Under the pieces are notes generated by a model. The model saw nothing but the letters and a program-made list of their open reading frames with translations. It was not told where the DNA came from and ran no database searches. Both the position numbers and the translations under genes were made by a program. This document shows, in pieces, positions 58,790 through 64,000 of a stretch of 64,000 nucleotides of DNA. Within the stretch, counting starts at the first letter, position 1; the number at the start of each line of letters is the position of its first letter. Source of the DNA: an uncultured Planctomycetaceae bacterium (GTDB lineage: Bacteria; Planctomycetota; Planctomycetia; Planctomycetales; Planctomycetaceae); contig CAXBME010000013.1 of assembly GCA_963976765.1 (NCBI GenBank), forward strand, positions 1-64,000. Direction: 5' to 3'.

Positions 58790-60253
58790 TTGAAAGCCGT
58801 TGTTCTTACGTTTGACCGTCTGCCGACTCATCTGCTGGGGTGCTACGGTAATGAGTGGATTGAAACTCCGGGGTTTGATCGACTGGCCTCGCTCGGCAGC
58901 GTCTTCGATCAGCACTTTGCCGAAGTGCCGGGACCGGTCAGCTCCAGCCATCCCTGGTGGACCGGACGATTTGAATTCTTTCGCGATTCGGTGGCGGACG
59001 AGCAAGGCGATGGATGCTCCGTCCAAAGCTGGCTTCAACGCCTGAACGATCAGGGAGTCAAGTGTCGGCTGCTTGCTGAAAACACCGAGGGGCTGCCGAC
59101 TGAATTGTTTTGCTCAATTGAGGCCGTTGGCGGAGTCACCGGCCTGAACGCTGCACACGACGACGTCCCGATCGCTCGGCTTGTTCAACGAGGCATCGAA
59201 ATTCTCGAAGGTGACGGCTCAGCGGCGGCGGGAACCAGCGAAAATTCACCGGCTGAGCTATTGTGGCTGCATTCTCAAGGCGTGCCGTCTCCGTGGCTGC
59301 CGCCGAGACTGTTTGCAGAGCTGTATCTCGACGAGCTGGAAGAGATCGTCGATGGCGAATCGGGCGGCGAAATCGCCAGCGATCTGGTTGGTCAGTTTGA
59401 AAACGATCCCGACCTGGTTCGACTGCTGCTTTCTGACTGGCGTCGCGAGGTGGAAGTCGAGGGCGAGCACGGTGCCGATGGCGGGGAGGAATCTGACGAG
59501 GCCGCCATCACCGAGGTGTCAGGGGCGTCGAACAACGAACCTGACGACATTGATTCACCAGAAATTGAGCGGCAGATCAGCAGGCTCGTTTTTGCTGGCT
59601 ACGTTTCGATGATCGATCGCTGGCTCTTGAAGCTGCTGGATGCGGTCGAGAATTCAGGCGAGAAAATCCTGCTCGTCGTGTCGGCAAATCAGGGGCACTC
59701 GTTCGGGGAGACCATCGATCTGGTGCCCGGTGCTGTGGGGGCGGCTGTGTCTCGGTACGAGAACGCAGCCCGTACTTCAGACGAGGTTCCAGCAGGATGG
59801 CTTAGCGACACTGATGTCAGAACACCGCTGCTGATTACTGAATTCTGTCAGGCAGCCGACAACCGCGAGTTCGGCAGCCGGCACGCAGCTCTGGTTCAGC
59901 CGGTCGATGTCGCGGCCACGTTGGAAGACTGGTTCGGCGGCAGCAAAGGCTCGGGGCGCGACGCTGAATCAGTCGGGGAAAGCCTGCTGTCAGCGCTTGC
60001 CGGTAACACTCCGGAAGGGCGTTCCGAAGTTTTCTACCTTGGATCAGACGGACAAATGGGCATACGCAGTCGCCATTGGGGGCTTGTGACGTCTGCGGAA
60101 GCTTTGCACGACGAGGAGCTGGTGCATTCGGACGTACGGCTGTTTGCGAAACCGGACGATCAGTGGGATGTCCACGACGTTTCCTCACAGTATTCCGAGG
60201 TTGTTGACACGCTGCTCGGTCTGCTGCGGCGCCGTTGCAGGGTTGGTAAATAG
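58790..60253 (+). CDS. Sulfatase-like (alkaline phosphatase superfamily) protein lacking the catalytic motif
   Basis: [37 protein letters not shown]. Confidence 0.8.
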   Translation: MKAVVLTFDRLPTHLLGCYGNEWIETPGFDRLASLGSVFDQHFAEVPGPVSSSHPWWTGRFEFFRDSVADEQGDGCSVQSWLQRLNDQGVKCRLLAENTEGLPTELFCSIEAVGGVTGLNAAHDDVPIARLVQRGIEILEGDGSAAAGTSENSPAELLWLHSQGVPSPWLPPRLFAELYLDELEEIVDGESGGEIASDLVGQFENDPDLVRLLLSDWRREVEVEGEHGADGGEESDEAAITEVSGASNNEPDDIDSPEIERQISRLVFAGYVSMIDRWLLKLLDAVENSGEKILLVVSANQGHSFGETIDLVPGAVGAAVSRYENAARTSDEVPAGWLSDTDVRTPLLITEFCQAADNREFGSRHAALVQPVDVAATLEDWFGGSKGSGRDAESVGESLLSALAGNTPEGRSEVFYLGSDGQMGIRSRHWGLVTSAEALHDEELVHSDVRLFAKPDDQWDVHDVSSQYSEVVDTLLGLLRRRCRVGK

Positions 60254-60550
60254 TGAACTGATTCCTGCGAATCTGTTGCCACAGACATGGTTCGCCCAGA
60301 CATTCCTTTGCGCCTGAATTTCCTGTCTTTATCAACAGCTTCTGATGATTATGAGTCGGCAGGAGCATGGCTTCGGGCCGGTTTACTTTTGCATTCTAAG
60401 CCGATACTTTGGCGACTTAAATCGCTCGACTGTCCGGATTCCTGAACGCTTCTGGACGCGAGCCGACGCTTTCGTCGAACTCAGCCCAGCCGTAGGCTCG
60501 TTCAGGCTTATTTCGCAGAAGTTTGGGTACGCTCTTCAGGAATCACGATC

Positions 60551-61774
60551 ATGGCCAATGTCGCCGCACTTGCGTCTGCTGCTCTGTCAGAATCAAACGG
60601 AATTTTCAGACTCGCCCCGAACTGGGTGCCTCGATCGTTCCTGCAGCCAGGACGTCGGCTCAAGCTCAACCCGAACCACTATTACGCTCTCGGCATGAAC
60701 CGGGGCGGGATCGATGAGCGATGGTTCGGCTCGACAACGGAAGCGGCCAACGACAACCGCAACTGGGACGAAGGTCTGAGTTACTGTGTCACCTCGACCG
60801 GTGAAAAGTTCCTGCTCAGAGACGCCGTGGCGGAACTCAAAGGCGAGATCATTGGCGACGAGATCTGGAACAAGTATTCGAAGTGGCCGGTCTATTCCAA
60901 ATTCTTCGACAACATGGGCCCGATTCCCCACCACATGCACCAGAACGCCGAACAGGCGGCGAAGGTTGGTCAGGAAGGCAAACCGGAATCGTACTACTTC
61001 CCTCCGCAGCTCAACCCGACCGGCAACAACTTCCCGTACACGTTCATGGGGTTTGAGCCGGGCACGACGAAAGAGCAGGCTATCAAGTGTCTCGACGACT
61101 GGAACAAGGGCGACAACGGCATCCTTGATCTGTCGAAAGCCTACCGCCTTAAACCAGGCACCGGCTGGCTGATTCCGCCTTGCGTGCTGCACGCTCCGGG
61201 CAGCCTGCTGACGTACGAGCCGCAGTGGGGCAGCGATGTGTTCGGCATGTACCAGAATCTGGTCGAAGGCCGCGAAGTTCCGCGAGCACTGCTGACTAAA
61301 GACTTCCCGGAAGAGTTCCACGACGACAACGAGTACCTGATCGACGCGCTCGACTGGGAAAAGAACGTCGATCCGAATTTCAAAGACAACAATTACCTTG
61401 AGCCGGTTGTCTGCTCCGAAGGCGATGGCTGGGCTGATCGCTGGATCGTCTACGGCAAAGTCGACGGCGAACAGCTTTTCACTGCGAAAGAACTGACCGT
61501 TCAGGCGGGGGCCAAATGCACGATCAAGGATACGGGAGCCTACTCCTGGATCACGACTCAGGGCCTTGGCCGAATCGGCAATATGCGATTGCAGACGCCG
61601 GCCATGATCAACTTTGGCGACCTGACCGACGACGAAGTCTTCGTCACCGCAAAGCGAGCGGCTGAAGGCGTTGAGTTCGAAAATACCGGTGACGAGCCAC
61701 TCGTCGGACTGCGCTACTTCGGCCCGAACGCTCAGCCGAATGCACCAGCAATCGGTGCGTACAAGAATCAGTAA
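60551..61774 (+). CDS. Cupin-fold, mannose-6-phosphate-isomerase-like conserved protein
   Basis: DERW, KFFD, PHHMH, KPESYYF, LHAPG, EPQ..SD. Confidence 0.7.
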   Translation: MANVAALASAALSESNGIFRLAPNWVPRSFLQPGRRLKLNPNHYYALGMNRGGIDERWFGSTTEAANDNRNWDEGLSYCVTSTGEKFLLRDAVAELKGEIIGDEIWNKYSKWPVYSKFFDNMGPIPHHMHQNAEQAAKVGQEGKPESYYFPPQLNPTGNNFPYTFMGFEPGTTKEQAIKCLDDWNKGDNGILDLSKAYRLKPGTGWLIPPCVLHAPGSLLTYEPQWGSDVFGMYQNLVEGREVPRALLTKDFPEEFHDDNEYLIDALDWEKNVDPNFKDNNYLEPVVCSEGDGWADRWIVYGKVDGEQLFTAKELTVQAGAKCTIKDTGAYSWITTQGLGRIGNMRLQTPAMINFGDLTDDEVFVTAKRAAEGVEFENTGDEPLVGLRYFGPNAQPNAPAIGAYKNQ

Positions 61775-61782
61775 TTATCAAA

Positions 61783-61857
61783 CCGTAGGGTGCGTCTTGA
61801 CGCACCAGATTTTCTTAAATACTGGATTCAAGTGGTGCGTCAAGACGCACCCTACGG
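61783..61857. repeat. Perfect inverted REP pair, GTAGGGTGCGTC family
   Basis: CCGTAGGGTGCGTCTTGACGCACCA (61783-61807) and its exact reverse complement (61833-61857). Confidence 0.95.
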
Positions 61858-61869
61858 AAGGAATTTGTG

Positions 61870-62886
61870 ATGCCGCTGAAACTGCACAACGCCATGTGGC
61901 CGGGACTTGTCGGCAAGGGAACGGACGAAGGTCAGGAGCCGCCGATCAGTCTGGAACGAATGCTCGAACTGACCGCCGCTGCGGAAGTCAATGGGCAGAA
62001 GTTCGACGGCATCGACTACTTCCTCTTCCTGCCACATACAAATCCTGAAGCGACCGACGACGAACTGCGAGGAATCGCTGACCTCATTGCGTCGCACAAT
62101 TTCACGGTTGGTTCGCTGGTTGCTCCGATCTGGCCGGGAACAGTTGGTGACTCGGCGATGGGCGACGATGCCGCTCGTGAGAAATTTCTCTCAGCTGTCA
62201 CGATGGCCTGTCGAATCGCCCGTATTTTCGAAGACCACGGCGTCCGCAAGTACGGCGTAATTCGTATCGACTCGGCCGAGTTCGGCGTCGAGAAGTGGCG
62301 TGAAAATGCGAAAGCCAACACGACCCGCATTGCCGATACGTTCCGCGAAGCTGCGAAGATCGCCGCTGATAACGGCCAGCGTCTCGCCGCTGAAGGCGAA
62401 ATCTGCTGGGCCGGTATGCACTCCTGGAAGGACATGCTGGATCTTCTGGAAGAAGTCGGCATGCCGGAGTCACTCGGTTTCCAGGCCGACCTGGCTCACA
62501 CTTATCTCTACCTGCTGGGATACAACGCTCCTGAACATGCGCTGGTCAAAGAAGGCTACGGCGACGACGAGTTCTACGCCGCCTACGAGCAGATGACCGA
62601 CAAGCTGCGTCCCTGGACGCTCGACTTCCACGTCGCTCAAAACGATGGCGAAGTTCACGGAGCTGGCTCACATGACAAAACCGGCAAACACTGCCGGGCC
62701 GATGACCCCAACGGCAAACTCGACATCACAAAATGCTCGGGCTACTGGCTCAAAGACTACGAGCAGCGGGGCATTCAGCACATCTGCTGGGACGGTTGCA
62801 TGTTCCCGAACGCGACTCTTGAGAATGGCGAAACCTGGAACACGATCCTGGACGCCATGATCAAGGTCAGGGACGCCCAAGGTTAG
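61870..62886 (+). CDS. Xylose-isomerase-like TIM barrel protein
   Basis: [48 protein letters not shown] (GTG 61867 alternative). Confidence 0.85.
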   Translation: MPLKLHNAMWPGLVGKGTDEGQEPPISLERMLELTAAAEVNGQKFDGIDYFLFLPHTNPEATDDELRGIADLIASHNFTVGSLVAPIWPGTVGDSAMGDDAAREKFLSAVTMACRIARIFEDHGVRKYGVIRIDSAEFGVEKWRENAKANTTRIADTFREAAKIAADNGQRLAAEGEICWAGMHSWKDMLDLLEEVGMPESLGFQADLAHTYLYLLGYNAPEHALVKEGYGDDEFYAAYEQMTDKLRPWTLDFHVAQNDGEVHGAGSHDKTGKHCRADDPNGKLDITKCSGYWLKDYEQRGIQHICWDGCMFPNATLENGETWNTILDAMIKVRDAQG

Positions 62887-62919
62887 TAGGTTGGACATAA
62901 ATTTTAGAGGGAGACGACG

Positions 62920-64000
62920 ATGGCTACGAAACCATTGAATATTGGACTTGTCGGCTATGGATTCATGGGCCGGACTCATTCCAACGGCTACAAACGAGTC
63001 AACGACTTCTTTCATGAGTTGGAGTACCGTCCCGTTCTGAAGGCGATTTGCGGTCGCAATGCAGAGCGAACGAAAGAGTTCGCTGAGCAGTGGGGCTATG
63101 AGTCAACCGAATCTGACTGGAAGGCTCTGATCGCTCGCGACGATATCGACGCGATCGATATCTGCACGCCGAACAACACTCACGCGGAGATCGCCATTGC
63201 TGCTGCCGAAGCCGGCAAGATGGTGCTCTGCGAAAAACCGCTGGCTCGCACGACGGAAGAGAGTCTGCCGATGGTTGAAGCCATCGAAAAAGCCGGCGTC
63301 GCCAACACTGTCTGGTACAACTATCGTCGCGTGCCGGCTGTGACGCTGGCCAAGCAGATCATCGATTCCGGCAAGCTCGGCAGAATTTTCCACTATCGCG
63401 CCAATTTCCTGCAGGACTGGACGATCTCGGCAGACCTGCCTCAGGGCGGTGAAGCCCTGTGGCGGCTGGATGCTGAAGCGGCAGGTTCCGGAGTGACGGG
63501 CGACCTGCTTGCCCATTGCATTGATACCGCGATCTGGCTGAACGGTGGCATTAAAGATGTGTCGGCCATGACCGAAACATTCATCAAAGAACGCGTCCAT
63601 CAGGGCACTGGTGAAAAGCAGGCTGTCACGATTGACGACGCCTGCATTTTTCACTGCCACTTTAATAATGGTTCGCTCGGGCTGTTTGAGTCGACTCGTT
63701 ACGCCCGTGGTCACAAGGCACTTTACACATTCGAAATCAACGGCGAGCACGCATCGATTCGGTGGGATCTTCACGACCTGAATAGACTCGAATTCTTTGA
63801 CCACAGCGATGAAGGCATCGTTCGCGGTTGGCGAAGCGTCCATATCACGGATGGCGACCAGCCTTACATGGATCACTGGTGGGTGCCAGGGCTTTGCATC
63901 GGGTACGAACACACGTTCGTGCATCAGGTAGCGGACTTCCTGGCGTCGCTGTCGAGTGGTGAGCCATGCAGGCCAACCTTCCGCGATGCACTGGAAACAG
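62920..64000 (+). CDS. Gfo/Idh/MocA oxidoreductase, truncated by window end and absent from the ORF track
   Basis: [57 protein letters not shown]. Confidence 0.93.
   Translation, partial: MATKPLNIGLVGYGFMGRTHSNGYKRVNDFFHELEYRPVLKAICGRNAERTKEFAEQWGYESTESDWKALIARDDIDAIDICTPNNTHAEIAIAAAEAGKMVLCEKPLARTTEESLPMVEAIEKAGVANTVWYNYRRVPAVTLAKQIIDSGKLGRIFHYRANFLQDWTISADLPQGGEALWRLDAEAAGSGVTGDLLAHCIDTAIWLNGGIKDVSAMTETFIKERVHQGTGEKQAVTIDDACIFHCHFNNGSLGLFESTRYARGHKALYTFEINGEHASIRWDLHDLNRLEFFDHSDEGIVRGWRSVHITDGDQPYMDHWWVPGLCIGYEHTFVHQVADFLASLSSGEPCRPTFRDALET

Noticed and set aside
58604..59038. Long N-terminal extension of YidD in the ORF track
   Set aside because: Overlaps the divergent gene; YidD is about 80 aa and fits the start at 58603
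63103..63924. 273-aa minus-strand ORF
   Set aside because: Antisense shadow of the Gfo/Idh/MocA gene starting at 62920

Overview
Bacterial chromosomal window, very likely from a planctomycete (Planctomycetaceae-like). The basis is two DUF1559 prepilin-type genes, a DUF11 protein, Tat-exported sugar enzymes and FGE/sulfatase-like genes. About 45 CDS can be supported. They include housekeeping and metabolic genes (rnhA, infA, an S1 paralog, ribBA, pyc, lexA, xylA, glsA, yidD, ABC-F, a MutT-like Nudix) and many membrane or secreted proteins. No rRNA, tRNA or CRISPR array was seen. The main non-coding signal is a dense set of intergenic palindromic REP-type repeats from several families. One family flanks a REP-associated tyrosine transposase (RAYT, 50972-51520). 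Next to the RAYT, and again at the window start, single genes sit between REPs and a second two-hairpin element, resembling gene cassettes. Other notable points: a secreted protein with a Diedel-like cysteine motif fused to EF-hands, a glutaminase that seems to need a CTG/ATT start, candidate LexA operators, and an NtrC-family regulator lacking GAFTGA. All protein calls come from motif recognition, not database searches. Several start codons were moved from the ORF track based on RBS and family N-termini.
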